From the NCBI GenBank assembly GCA_041589735.1, contig JBFHVA010000001.1, positions 1-50,582 on the forward strand: a stretch of 50,582 nt of DNA. Direction: 5' to 3'. This DNA is from Gammaproteobacteria bacterium (GTDB lineage: Bacteria > Pseudomonadota > Gammaproteobacteria > HK1). The translations under genes were made by a program, and so were the position numbers. The notes under the pieces are model-generated. The model was not told where the DNA came from. It was given only the letters and a program-made list of their open reading frames with translations, and did not search any database. Positions within the stretch are counted from its first letter, which is position 1. Every line of letters starts with the position of its first letter. Of this stretch, positions 37,961 to 47,983 are shown in pieces.

Positions 37961-38884
37961 ATGTCCAGCGTAGAAATCGTAGAGGTCGGTCCCCGGGATG
38001 GCGTTCAGTCCGTCCCGACCATAATCCCCACCGAGGAAAAGCTCAGGCTCATAAACGGCCTGCTGGACGCGGGCGTAAAGCGCATGGAGATTGGCTCGTT
38101 CGTCAGCCCCAAGGCGATCCCGCAGATGCAGGATATCGCGGAAATCATCTCCCGCCTCGGCAAAAGGGAAGGCGTGCGGCCAATGACGCTGGTGCCCAAT
38201 CTGAAGGGCGCCAAGCTCGCCGTAGCCGCCGGGATGAAAGAGATCATATTCGTCCTCTCGATGACGGAGCCTCACAATCAGAGCAACGTTCGCCGTTCCG
38301 TGGCGCAATCGATCGAAGAACTGAGAAAGCTTCTTGAAGAGGTGGACGCCGGCGGAAAGCTTCGCATGCGTGTTGACCTTTCGTGCGCCTTCGATTGTCC
38401 TTTCGAAGGGCGCGTTTCCGAGGCGGTCGTGCTCGGTCACATAGAGAAGATCGTCGCCATTCGCAATGGTATGGAGCTCGGCCTTTGCGACACCACCGGG
38501 TTTGCGCTTGCGCGTCACGTGCGCGATCTTTTCGGGCGCTGCATGCGCGAGTTTGGTAACCAGGCAAGCTGGGCGTTTCATTGCCACGATACCGCGGGCT
38601 TTGCCCTCGCCAACGTGCTCGCGGCCTACGAGGCGGGCGTGCGCACATTTGACGCCTCGGTCGCGGGTTTGGGTGGCTGCCCGTTCGCGCCGGGCGCCAC
38701 AGGCAACGTGGCAACGGAAGACGTGATTTATCTGTTTCACCGCATGGGCGTGGATACGGGGATCGATCTTGAGCGTTATCTAGACGCATGCGCCCTCGCC
38801 ACAAAGATCCCAGACGGGGTGACCGGCGGGCACGTGCGGCACATTCCCAGGAATCGAATCTTCTCAAGTATCGACGGTGGTTGA
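37961..38884 (+). CDS. hydroxymethylglutaryl-CoA lyase family protein
   Basis: VEIVEVGPRDGVQS...GSFVSPKAIPQM...CDTTG...HCHDT...GLGGCPFAPGATGNVATED. Confidence 0.9.
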   Translation: MSSVEIVEVGPRDGVQSVPTIIPTEEKLRLINGLLDAGVKRMEIGSFVSPKAIPQMQDIAEIISRLGKREGVRPMTLVPNLKGAKLAVAAGMKEIIFVLSMTEPHNQSNVRRSVAQSIEELRKLLEEVDAGGKLRMRVDLSCAFDCPFEGRVSEAVVLGHIEKIVAIRNGMELGLCDTTGFALARHVRDLFGRCMREFGNQASWAFHCHDTAGFALANVLAAYEAGVRTFDASVAGLGGCPFAPGATGNVATEDVIYLFHRMGVDTGIDLERYLDACALATKIPDGVTGGHVRHIPRNRIFSSIDGG

Positions 38885-38920
38885 TATTCCCTCGGTTAGG
38901 ACCGTCGAGGAATTGAAGCG

Positions 38921-39286
38921 ATGATTGAGCCCATTCCCCTTCCAATCGACAACGTGGTCGGTTTTCGCATCGACGGTAAAGTAAGCGCGGACGACATCTC
39001 GCGCATTACGGATCTCATTGAAGCGCGCCTTAAACGGCATCAGAAGCTTCGGGTTTACGCCGAGGTGGAACGCTTTTCAGGCATGTCGGTCGAGGCGTTC
39101 CTTAAGGATGTCACCTTTTCGCTTCGTCACTTGAGGGATTTCGAGCGTGAGGCAATCGTTTCCGACACGGCATGGTTGAGAACGCTGGCCGGAATCGGTG
39201 GCAGGATGTTTCCCGGTATCGAGGTGCGTCATTTCTCAAAATCCGAGAAAGACGAAGCCCTCGAGTGGATCATCGACCAGAAGTGA
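38921..39286 (+). CDS. STAS/SEC14-like (DUF3478, SpoIIAA-like) protein
   Basis: 121 aa. VVGFRIDGKVSADD...KLRVYAEVERFSGMS...FEREAIVSD..WLR is the family pattern as recalled. Confidence 0.7.
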   Translation: MIEPIPLPIDNVVGFRIDGKVSADDISRITDLIEARLKRHQKLRVYAEVERFSGMSVEAFLKDVTFSLRHLRDFEREAIVSDTAWLRTLAGIGGRMFPGIEVRHFSKSEKDEALEWIIDQK

Positions 39287-39328
39287 ATTCTGGCAAGCCG
39301 CCTAGGGTCTGTCGGCGCCGCGCTTGAC

Positions 39329-39922
39329 TCAGTACAACTTTTCAAGCTCGTAGAGCACGACGTTGGCGTCACGCTTTACGAACAGGCCCCCCCCGGCGTT
39401 GACAAAATGCTTCTTAAGGCGCTTGCGATACCAGCGGCCGCTGCGAAGGTATCCTGTGCCGTCGGTAAGTTCCTGATCGCAGTTTTCCTCCCAGTCTTCC
39501 CGGGTCAGCACCGCAAACAGCAGCGCACCGCGACTGAGCGCGGCGAGTCGACGCATTGCGGCATCGGCGCTGCTCGCAGGCAGATACTGAATCACGTCCT
39601 GGCAAATCACTAAGTCGAAGGGACGATCGGATTCGAAGCTGTCCACGGAACCCTTTTTCCAGCCGAAGCGCTTGCACAGATAGTCGCTTCGCTCGACGCC
39701 GGTATAACTGGCTCGGGGAAAATGTCGCTTGAGTTCAGGCTTCCAGGTGCCCATTCCGCAGCCCATGTCCAGCACACGCCGTACCGGCAGGTCCATGTAC
39801 TTCAAATACCCGCAGACGAAATCAGCGAGGGCGCGACTCTCCTCCGGCGCTGCAACCCGGGTGCGCGGATCCTCGTAATAGCGACGGTAGTAGGCTTCGT
39901 CGAAGTGCTTGGCGTCAATCAT
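39329..39922 (-). CDS. class I SAM-dependent methyltransferase
   Basis: Motif I is VLDMGCGMGTW, with post-I DLVICQDVIQYL. Confidence 0.8.
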   Translation of the reverse strand: MIDAKHFDEAYYRRYYEDPRTRVAAPEESRALADFVCGYLKYMDLPVRRVLDMGCGMGTWKPELKRHFPRASYTGVERSDYLCKRFGWKKGSVDSFESDRPFDLVICQDVIQYLPASSADAAMRRLAALSRGALLFAVLTREDWEENCDQELTDGTGYLRSGRWYRKRLKKHFVNAGGGLFVKRDANVVLYELEKLY

Positions 39923-40089
39923 CGCCCTAACCTAACCCCGAAAAATAGTGCCAGGCACTATTTAATCAGGGAAAGGCGAGGAGGGTCACGCCGGAAAGCG
40001 GTATATTTCTCCACGCGTTGACAGCAATTGGTCCGCGCGTGTGCAATAGACGCGGGCGTTTTTTCGGCTTCGGGCGGCTCTCTTTGCTC

Positions 40090-41403
40090 ATGAGTACAAC
40101 ACCACGCATCGGTTTCGTCAGCCTCGGCTGCCCCAAGGCGCTGGTGGATTCCGAGCGGATACTTACCCAGCTAAGGGTGGAAGGCTACGACGTGGTGGGC
40201 ACCTATGACGACGCCGATCTGGTGGTTGTGAATACCTGTGGCTTCATCGACGACGCTATAGAGGAGTCTCTGGAGGCCATCGGCGAAGCCATGGCCGAAA
40301 ACGGTAAGGTCATCGTTACGGGTTGCCTAGGCGTCAAATCGGAGATGATTCGCAGCGCGCATCCTGGCGTGCTCGCAGTCACGGGACCGCAGCAATACGA
40401 AGAAGTAGTGGATGCGGTACACGCCCACCTGCCGCCGCGCCACGATCCGTTTCAGGATTTGGTGCCGCCCCAGGGGATCAAGCTCACCCCGCGGCATTAC
40501 GCCTACCTCAAGATTTCCGAAGGCTGCAACCACAAGTGCAGCTTCTGCATTATCCCTTCCATGCGTGGCCGGCTGAAAAGCCGGAGGGCGGCAGATGTGC
40601 TGGGCGAGGCCGAGCGGCTGGTGGCTGCGGGAGTGAAAGAGCTTTTGGTCATCTCCCAGGACACCAGTGCCTACGGCGTGGATCTGCGCTACGCAAGCGA
40701 TCTGTGGCAAAGCCGCGTGGTGCGCGCGCGCATAGGTGATCTCGCTGCCGCGCTGGGTGCGCTGGGCGCGTGGGTGCGCCTGCACTACGTCTATCCCTAT
40801 CCTCACGTGGATGACATCGTGCCGCTGATGGCCGACGGCCTGGTGTTGCCCTACCTGGACGTGCCCTTTCAGCATGCCAGCCCGCGCATTCTCAATCGCA
40901 TGAAGAGACCGGCGGGCGCGGAGAACAACCTCGAGCGTATCCGCAGCTGGCGCGAGATCTGCCCCGAGATCACCATCCGCAGCACTTTCATCGTGGGGTT
41001 TCCCGGCGAGACCGATACCGACTTCGAGAACCTGCTCGAGTTTCTCCAGGCTGCGCAAATCGATCGCGCCGGCTGCTTCAAGTACTCGCCGGTGGAGGGT
41101 GCCGCGGCCAACGCGCTTCCGAACGCCGTGCCCGAATCGGTCAAGGAAGAGCGCTATGCGCGCTTCATGCAGGCCCAGGCCGAGATCAGCACGGCACGCC
41201 TAGCGAAAAAAGTCGGGCGCACCTTGCGGGTGCTGGTCGATTCCCTGGAGGATGGCTACGCCATCGCCCGAAGCAGTGCCGACGCCCCCGAGATCGACGG
41301 CCAAGTGTACGTGGAAAGAACTGACCGGCTCGTCCCCGGAGAGTTCGCCGAGGTGGTCGTCGAGCGCTCCGACACCCACGATCTCTACGCCCGGCCAGTA
41401 TGA
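40090..41403 (+). CDS. rimO: ribosomal protein S12 methylthiotransferase RimO
   Basis: [32 protein letters not shown]...[22 protein letters not shown] is near-colinear with E. coli RimO. Radical SAM motif CNHKCSFC and a C-terminal TRAM domain are present. Confidence 0.95.
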   Translation: MSTTPRIGFVSLGCPKALVDSERILTQLRVEGYDVVGTYDDADLVVVNTCGFIDDAIEESLEAIGEAMAENGKVIVTGCLGVKSEMIRSAHPGVLAVTGPQQYEEVVDAVHAHLPPRHDPFQDLVPPQGIKLTPRHYAYLKISEGCNHKCSFCIIPSMRGRLKSRRAADVLGEAERLVAAGVKELLVISQDTSAYGVDLRYASDLWQSRVVRARIGDLAAALGALGAWVRLHYVYPYPHVDDIVPLMADGLVLPYLDVPFQHASPRILNRMKRPAGAENNLERIRSWREICPEITIRSTFIVGFPGETDTDFENLLEFLQAAQIDRAGCFKYSPVEGAAANALPNAVPESVKEERYARFMQAQAEISTARLAKKVGRTLRVLVDSLEDGYAIARSSADAPEIDGQVYVERTDRLVPGEFAEVVVERSDTHDLYARPV

Positions 41404-41525
41404 GTTCGGCGGGCGGGCTGTCGTAATTTCGAATCTTCACGCCGCGTGCGGGCTCGAAATCAAGAACCTCTGTAGCAATATGCGCGATCTTGAATCCGAA
41501 GCTCGACGTGGGGGAGTGAGATCCG

Positions 41526-41927
41526 ATGTCACAGAGAAAAGTCAGAGATGTGATCGTGCGCAAGGAAGTCATTCAACTCCCCGCGGATGCCACCGTGCGC
41601 AGCGCGAGCCGGCTGATGGCGGAGCAGGGGATCGGCGCCGTACTGGTCATGAAGGGCGAACAGATCCAGGGAATTTTCAGCGAGCGCGACGCGCTCAAGC
41701 GGGTTCTGGCAAATGACCTGGATCCTGATACCACTACGCTGGCGGATGTGATGACCCGGGAGATGGTGACTCTGGATCCGGACGCCTTTGCCGTGGACGC
41801 TCTACGCCTCATGAGCCAGGTGGGGATCCGACACCTGCCCATCGTTGATCGAGAAAAAGTTGTGGGAATGATTTCGCTGCGTGACTTTATCGGCGCAGAG
41901 TTTCAGCTCGCGGGAAAAGAATCGTAA
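41526..41927 (+). CDS. CBS domain-pair protein
   Basis: Two CBS repeats: VRDVIVRKEVIQLP...GIGAVLV and VMTREMVTLDPD...IRHLPIVD. Length is 133 aa. Confidence 0.85.
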   Translation: MSQRKVRDVIVRKEVIQLPADATVRSASRLMAEQGIGAVLVMKGEQIQGIFSERDALKRVLANDLDPDTTTLADVMTREMVTLDPDAFAVDALRLMSQVGIRHLPIVDREKVVGMISLRDFIGAEFQLAGKES

Positions 41928-42075
41928 AGAACCGCGAACGTAGTCAAACGCTGTTGTAGCGGGGTAGACGTCGTCGAGTGCGATTCGCTTCAATCAGTTG
42001 GGGCATGAGCAAAATAGAAGCCACGTTTTTACTTTGTAACAGTGAAGTATCCAAGGCTTGACTTTCTGGGGTTGC

Positions 42076-42633
42076 TTATTTAACTCGTTTAAGTTTGCCC
42101 CGCACGGTTCTCATCATCTCTCCGTCGCGTACCCGGGAGTAAGTCAGGTCCATTCCTTCGGGCGACAGTGTGCGTTCATAGACCTGCATCTCGTAGCCGC
42201 CCTCTTCGGTGATCAGCAGCGCGTAAACAAACAACGTATCGCCGGAGATACGCGCCCATACGTAAGGTTCTCCCTTGAGCGGATCCAGCGGCACCTGGTT
42301 GCCGAACATGTCGGTGCGCATGGCCGAACCGTAGAGCCCGGGTTTTCCTTTCGGTTTGAATTGGACGGTATAAGCTTTCCTTTTCAGCGTGCCGTCTTCC
42401 CTGGGGGTTACCGATACCCAGGTGAGTTTAAACCCGTCACCGTGCGGCTTTATTTCCACCCTGAGATCACGTTTCGTCAAATGATGATCTTCCTCCGATA
42501 TTCCTTCGCCCAGGAATTCGCCGACGAATTTTTCATATTGATATGCAGCCTCTGATTGAGTCGAAAAAACGATGAGGGCGACCACCATCCCCAAGAAAAA
42601 AATATATTGAGGGCGTGACGTCAGTCTAATCAT
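42076..42633 (-). CDS. hypothetical exported/anchored protein
   Basis: ATG 42633 with AGGGAG upstream. N-terminal hydrophobic segment YIFFLGMVVALIVFSTQSEA. The remainder looks beta-rich, with no recognised domain. Confidence 0.55.
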   Translation of the reverse strand: MIRLTSRPQYIFFLGMVVALIVFSTQSEAAYQYEKFVGEFLGEGISEEDHHLTKRDLRVEIKPHGDGFKLTWVSVTPREDGTLKRKAYTVQFKPKGKPGLYGSAMRTDMFGNQVPLDPLKGEPYVWARISGDTLFVYALLITEEGGYEMQVYERTLSPEGMDLTYSRVRDGEMMRTVRGKLKRVK

Positions 42634-42842
42634 GATCGGCTCCCTTTGATAAAGCAGAGTCAGCACCCGGTGATCGAGTTGCAGCATATGCCGGGCGATT
42701 GCTTGTAAAGCATTATCTTAAACCGGACGCTCAAATTGAGACATCAGCTAATTTACCGGGTTCCCTCGACCGAATGCATCCATAGTGTTAAAAGATCGAT
42801 GCTCAGACCATCCCTATTCAATTGAGAAGAGTTCAGAGCTAT

Positions 42843-43661
42843 ATGGAAAATAATCCCGTGCTCCGTGTCGGCATCGGCGGCCTCGGGACGGTCGGTCATG
42901 CCGTTGCCAGAAGGCTCGACCAGGGCATCCAGGGATTGCGCCTCACGGCGGTCTCGGCCCGTGACCTGACGCGGGCCGAAACACGGGTATCGCGCTTCTC
43001 CTCTCCAGTGGAAGTTGTCCCGCTGCAGAAGCTGGCCGAGCGCTGTGACGTTGTGGTGGAAGCGGCTCCGGCGGCCGTTTTTTTTCAGCTGGCCGAGCCG
43101 GTGGTCCGCGCCGGGCGGGTGCTGGTGCCCATCAGCGTGGGCGCGCTGCTCGAGCACTGGTCCCTGGTGGCGCTGGCAGAATCCACCGGTGCGCGGATCA
43201 TCGTTCCAAGCGGCGCGCTCCTGGGGCTCGATGCGGTGCGCGCCGCATGTGAAGGCCGCATCGAGTCCGTGCGCATGGTCACGCGAAAACCCCCTCGCGG
43301 GCTCGCCGGGGCGCCGTATCTCAAAGCCCACGGAATCGACGTCTCCAACCTGGACGCGCCGCTCAAAGTCTTTGAGGGCACGGCCCGGGAGGGCGCCGCG
43401 GGTTTTCCGGCCAACGTGAATGTCGCCGCCGCGCTGGGTCTGGCCGGTATCGGTCCCGACCACACCGAGCTTGAAATCTGGGCCGATCCCACGGTGAGCC
43501 GAAATACCCACCACATTACCGTGGAAGCCGACAGCGCCCGCTTCGAGCTATCTATCGAAAACGTGCCTACCGAGGAGAATCCTCGCACCGGCCGACTGGT
43601 GGCGCACAGCGTGGTCGCTACACTGCGGCGGCTGACCGCGCCGTTGACCGTAGGTACCTGA
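42843..43661 (+). CDS. aspartate dehydrogenase (NadX)-like NAD(P) oxidoreductase
   Basis: VGIGGLGTVG Rossmann motif. FPANVNVAAALGLAGIGPDHT...ADP..SRNTHHI...NPRTG is typical of the NadX/DUF108 C-terminus. Confidence 0.78.
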   Translation: MENNPVLRVGIGGLGTVGHAVARRLDQGIQGLRLTAVSARDLTRAETRVSRFSSPVEVVPLQKLAERCDVVVEAAPAAVFFQLAEPVVRAGRVLVPISVGALLEHWSLVALAESTGARIIVPSGALLGLDAVRAACEGRIESVRMVTRKPPRGLAGAPYLKAHGIDVSNLDAPLKVFEGTAREGAAGFPANVNVAAALGLAGIGPDHTELEIWADPTVSRNTHHITVEADSARFELSIENVPTEENPRTGRLVAHSVVATLRRLTAPLTVGT

Positions 43662-43876
43662 GGTGCGAAGCGGGTGATGGTATCGACGCCGCGCATCGAA
43701 TAGTCTAGCCCGCAGTATTTCCGAGCCCGTGAACCGCGGGCGCGAAAATGCGGACAGATCCTCGTCGGCAGCCGCGAGTTCGGGAATAATGTGGGCCTAA
43801 CCCGCCCGGGACGACCCCTTCTGGACACGCCGTTCCCGGTCCGGCTCTTTTCAATAACAATTCGGAGGAGACCCCG

Positions 43877-44842
43877 ATGGAAAAACCTATGTTTCTAAAA
43901 GCGGCCGCGATGGCGGTTGCCGTAATCGCGGCGCCGTTCTCGGCGCTCGCCGCGGATATTCCCTGCAGCACCGCAAAGCTGATTGTGCCCTGGAACGCCG
44001 GCGGTGACACGGACATCGTTTTCCGGCTTGTCACCAACTCCATGAACAGCTCGGGCTTCAAGCCGCAGCTTCAGGTGGTCAATATTGGCGGCCAAAGCGG
44101 CAACAAAGGTGCAAAGGAGGCCAAGGAATCCAAGCCCGACGGCTGCACCCTATTTGCCATCCATGAAAGCATGATTACCACCTACCTCGCCGGCCGCGTC
44201 GATTTCACCTGGGACGCATATACTCCCGTTGCGCGTTTGACCTACACGCCTTCCGTGCTCGGCGGCCACAGCGCAACGCCCTTTGACGACATGAAGGGAA
44301 TGGTGAGCTACGCAAAGCAGAATCCCGGCGCGGTAAAGGTAGGCGTGACCACCGGCTCGACCAGCCAGTTCATCAATCTGCTGGTAGAAGACGCCACCGA
44401 CACAAGCTTCAAGTACGTGCCTTACGAGGGAACTCGGGAACGTCTCACGGCGTTGCTGGCCAAGAATATCGACGTCGGCGAGATGAATATCCTGACGGCG
44501 AAGCAATATATTCAGGAAGGATCCATGAAGGCTTTTGGTATTGCCACCGAAGAGCGCGATCCTCTGATGCCGGAGCTTCCGACCCTCAAGGAGCAGGGCA
44601 TCAACGTGGTCTACGGCCTGCACCGAGGCGTGGTGCTGCCTAAGGGCGCAAGCGCCGAAGTGATCAAGCACTTTGAAGAAGGCTTCAAAAAGGCGATGAG
44701 CGATCCGGAAGTGAAAAAAGCTCTGGACGAAAAGGGCACCTGGATCGTCTGGCTCGGGCCCGAGGATTACAAAAAGTTTTTTGAAAAGTCTTATGCCGAT
44801 CACGAGAAAGTCGCGATCAAGATCGGCATGTACAAAAAATAA
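43877..44842 (+). CDS. tctC: TctC/Bug-family periplasmic substrate-binding protein
   Basis: GGAGGAG RBS and signal peptide. VPWNAGGDTDIVFRL. Length is 321 aa. Confidence 0.85.
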   Translation: MEKPMFLKAAAMAVAVIAAPFSALAADIPCSTAKLIVPWNAGGDTDIVFRLVTNSMNSSGFKPQLQVVNIGGQSGNKGAKEAKESKPDGCTLFAIHESMITTYLAGRVDFTWDAYTPVARLTYTPSVLGGHSATPFDDMKGMVSYAKQNPGAVKVGVTTGSTSQFINLLVEDATDTSFKYVPYEGTRERLTALLAKNIDVGEMNILTAKQYIQEGSMKAFGIATEERDPLMPELPTLKEQGINVVYGLHRGVVLPKGASAEVIKHFEEGFKKAMSDPEVKKALDEKGTWIVWLGPEDYKKFFEKSYADHEKVAIKIGMYKK

Positions 44843-44931
44843 TCTGAACTGGCTATGGGCGGCCGGCAACTTTCGCCGGCCGCCGTTTCAGATTTCGTGA
44901 CGGCGAAGCTTGGAAGGGGCTCCGGCTGATC

Positions 44932-45417
44932 ATGTCTCGCGTCAATCAAGATATCGTCATTTCGCTTCTGCTTATGGTGCTGAGCGCGACGCTCTTCATC
45001 GAAACCTTCGGCATGCAGAAGGTGCACCTGGCCATCATCGGCGCCAAGCTCTGGCCGCGTATCGTGGTCATCGTGCTGTTTTTTCTCTCTGCCATCTATC
45101 TAGTGCAATCCATCCGCGCCAGGCGCCCGCCGCCTGAAGCGCCGTTCAGTCTAATGGGGTGGCTCAGCGAGAACCGCAACGTGATTGGCTGCTTCGCCAT
45201 CTATGCGCTGTTTCTGGTCACCCTGCCGTATCTCGGCATGCTTCTCGGCGGCTCGCTGTTCGTATTCGCTACGCTGACGCTCATCGGTAAACGGGATCTG
45301 CGCAGCTATTTGATACACGCCGTCGTCGCCGTGGTCACCATTGGCGGCATGTGGGCCGTGTTTCGCTTCGGGCTCGGGGTGATCCTTCCAGAGGGCGAGC
45401 TGCTTCCGCGCTGGTAG
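44932..45417 (+). CDS. tctB: TctB small permease subunit
   Basis: 161 aa with 4 TM helices, lying between tctC and tctA. Confidence 0.72.
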   Translation: MSRVNQDIVISLLLMVLSATLFIETFGMQKVHLAIIGAKLWPRIVVIVLFFLSAIYLVQSIRARRPPPEAPFSLMGWLSENRNVIGCFAIYALFLVTLPYLGMLLGGSLFVFATLTLIGKRDLRSYLIHAVVAVVTIGGMWAVFRFGLGVILPEGELLPRW

Positions 45418-45447
45418 GCGGGGCGGGTCAGTCGAGGGAAGATGTAA

Positions 45448-47130
45448 ATGGAAGTATTGAACAACGCCCTCGCCGCCTTTGCCGCCGTCGGTGAACCGTA
45501 CACCCTACTGCTCATGGCGGTGGGCGTTGCCGCCGGTCTCATTGCCGGCGCGATCCCGGGCTTCACCATCACCATGGCGGTCATTCTCACCCTGCCGTTC
45601 ACCTTCGGCATGGACGCGGTGCGCGGTCTGGCGGTGATGATTGGTGTGTTCGTGGGCGGACTTTCCGGCGGACTCATGTCCGGCATTCTCACCGGCATTC
45701 CAGGCACACCCTCATCGGTGGCGACAACCTTCGATGGTTTTCCCATGGCGCGAAAAGGACGGCCGGGACTGGCGCTGGGCATCGGTGTCTGGTCGTCATT
45801 TTTCGGCGGCATGATCAGCGCCCTCTTTCTCATGGTGCTCGCGCCCCAGCTCGCCAAAATCGGTCTCGAATTCGGGCCGTGGGATTACTTCTCGCTGGTG
45901 TTGTTTGCGCTCACCATCGTCGCCAGTCTGGCCGGCGACAATCTGATCAAGGGCATTGTCGCCGGGGTTGCGGGATTGCTGATTGCTTCCGTTGGAGAAG
46001 ACGAGATCAGCGGCCTGGCGCGCTTCACCTTCGGCATCGACTCGATGAAGCAGGGATTTGATTTCCTTCCCGTCCTGGTCGGGCTGTTCGCCTTCAGTCA
46101 GCTGCTCTCTGACGTGCGCGATACCAAAAAGGCCACGCGGCCGATGGTCATGGGTGAAGCAATCCGAATCAGCATCGAGCACGTCGCGGCGATCAAAGCC
46201 ATCGTGGTGCGCTGGAGCACCCTGCTCCGCTCCTCACTCATTGGCGTGTTCGTCGGAATACTGCCGGGTGCCGGCGGCACCATTGCCAATATTCTTTCCT
46301 ACGACCAGGCGAAGAAGGCGTCAAAGAATCCGGAAAAATTCGGCACCGGCGTGCCCGAAGGCATTATTGCGCCGGAATCATCCAACAACGCGGTTGAAGG
46401 CGGCGCGCTGATTACTATGATGGCGCTGGGGATCCCCGGTGACATCGTCACCGCGGTGATGCTGGGCGCGCTGCTGATTCATAACATTGCGCCCAGCCCG
46501 ACGTTTATCTCCACCGAGCCGGTGCTGGCCTACAGCATTATGGTCTCGTTCTTCATCGCGCTATTCATCATGGTGGCGCTGCAGGCCTTTTGCCTGCGGG
46601 TTTTCGTACAGGTGACCCGGGTGCCTATGTACCGCGTGGCGGCGGTGATTCTGGCCTACTGCGCCATCGGTGTATTCGCGCTCAACAACATCGTGTTCGA
46701 TCTTTGGACCCTGCTCTGGTTCGGCCTGCTGGGATACGCCATGCGCCGCTATGGTTTTCCGCTGGCGCCCATGATCCTCGGGGTGGTCCTTGGTGATAAC
46801 GCCGAGGTCAATCTCATCCGCGCGCTCGCCAGCGACGACAATCTGTGGCTATTCATCACCCGGCCGTGGTCGTTGTTCTTCCTCACCATTGCCTGCTTCT
46901 CAGTGCTATTCCCCTGGTACCAGAAGGTGCGCACCACGCAGAAGTGGACGCTGATTTTCACCCCGGCGATTCCGCTGGCGCTTTCCATTCCGATGTTCAT
47001 GATGGGCGGCTGGGTCCGCCCGGGCGTTGCAGTTGCGCTGATCGCGCTAGGCGCCCTGATGCTGTGGCGCCGTCATCAGAACGACTGGACGCTGCCGACG
47101 GAAGTTACCCCGGAGCTGCACGAGAGCTGA
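45448..47130 (+). CDS. tctA: TctA large permease with ~55-aa C-terminal extension
   Basis: GAIPGFTITMAVILTLPFT and ATTFDGFPMARKGRPGLAL. 560 aa versus 503 aa for the other copy, with two extra hydrophobic helices at the C-terminus. Confidence 0.88.
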   Translation: MEVLNNALAAFAAVGEPYTLLLMAVGVAAGLIAGAIPGFTITMAVILTLPFTFGMDAVRGLAVMIGVFVGGLSGGLMSGILTGIPGTPSSVATTFDGFPMARKGRPGLALGIGVWSSFFGGMISALFLMVLAPQLAKIGLEFGPWDYFSLVLFALTIVASLAGDNLIKGIVAGVAGLLIASVGEDEISGLARFTFGIDSMKQGFDFLPVLVGLFAFSQLLSDVRDTKKATRPMVMGEAIRISIEHVAAIKAIVVRWSTLLRSSLIGVFVGILPGAGGTIANILSYDQAKKASKNPEKFGTGVPEGIIAPESSNNAVEGGALITMMALGIPGDIVTAVMLGALLIHNIAPSPTFISTEPVLAYSIMVSFFIALFIMVALQAFCLRVFVQVTRVPMYRVAAVILAYCAIGVFALNNIVFDLWTLLWFGLLGYAMRRYGFPLAPMILGVVLGDNAEVNLIRALASDDNLWLFITRPWSLFFLTIACFSVLFPWYQKVRTTQKWTLIFTPAIPLALSIPMFMMGGWVRPGVAVALIALGALMLWRRHQNDWTLPTEVTPELHES

Positions 47131-47285
47131 GCCCCCGGCGGACACGCGTTCGGTCAGTTGATCCGGATCAATCGGCGGCCGGCGCTAAACAAATAACTTG
47201 AGAACAGTTGAACATGGCCGGCGCCGCTGCAACAGGCGGCGAAGGCCTTTCGTGAGCCGAAACGCGGGTTAAAGGAGGAGTAGGA

Positions 47286-47744
47286 ATGTTGGCCGATTCC
47301 AGCGTATTTAGGATCATTGTTTTCATCGTCGCGGGACTTTACTGGCCGCTCGGGGTCGCGGCGGATCCCGGTGTGGTTACGGTTTACAAGACGGCCTCAT
47401 GCGGCTGCTGCCAGGGGTGGGTCGAGCACATGCGCGGTAGCGGGTTCGACGTAACCACGCGCGATCTCCAGTGGAGCGAGCTCTCCAGCATCAGATCCCA
47501 CTACCGCGTACCGGCAAAACTACATTCCTGTCACACCGCCATTGTCGACGGGTATGTCGTTGAGGGCCACGTGCCGGCGGACATCGTGACGCGTCTACTT
47601 ACAGAACGCCCTGAGGCGATCGGGATCTCTGCGCCAGGTATGCCGGCGGCTTCTCCGGGGATGGATATTCCAGATGGCGGTCCGTACGACATCATGATAT
47701 TCGAGGCGGGCGGCGGGACCCGGCTTTACCAGCGCGTGGACTAA
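47286..47744 (+). CDS. DUF411 (CopG-like) periplasmic metal-binding protein
   Basis: AAAGGAGG RBS and signal peptide. TVYKTASCGCCQGW...CHTAIVDGYVVEGHVP...GISAPGMPAASPGMD. Confidence 0.85.
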   Translation: MLADSSVFRIIVFIVAGLYWPLGVAADPGVVTVYKTASCGCCQGWVEHMRGSGFDVTTRDLQWSELSSIRSHYRVPAKLHSCHTAIVDGYVVEGHVPADIVTRLLTERPEAIGISAPGMPAASPGMDIPDGGPYDIMIFEAGGGTRLYQRVD

Positions 47745-47983
47745 TTTCTTTACCGAATTTGCCGCGCGACGCGGGCCGGCTTGAGTCTGGTCGGTAAACG
47801 GTGCCGACCTTCGTTCAGGCGCCTGCGAAATACTCGCGGCAGTGTTCGGAAAAAGCTGGCGCCCTTCGCGTTTGCCGCGCACCTTTCACCTGCGCCAGCA
47901 CGATGGAAAGGGGCGACAGATCAGCTTTGACCCGTCGTAGCTCAGATCCCCGTGGGGGCGCAAATTGAGGTAAGTTCTACAGC

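Noticed and set aside
42830-42838. Recurrence of TTCAGAGCT (also at 16962-16970) as evidence of a dispersed element
   Set aside because: A single extra 9-mer match in about 100 kb of two-strand sequence is expected by chance.
23797-47130. The two TctCBA loci as a recent inverted duplication
   Set aside because: The protein sequences are only distantly similar (roughly one third identical by eye over the TctA N-termini). They also differ in length, so they are old paralogues rather than a repeat structure.
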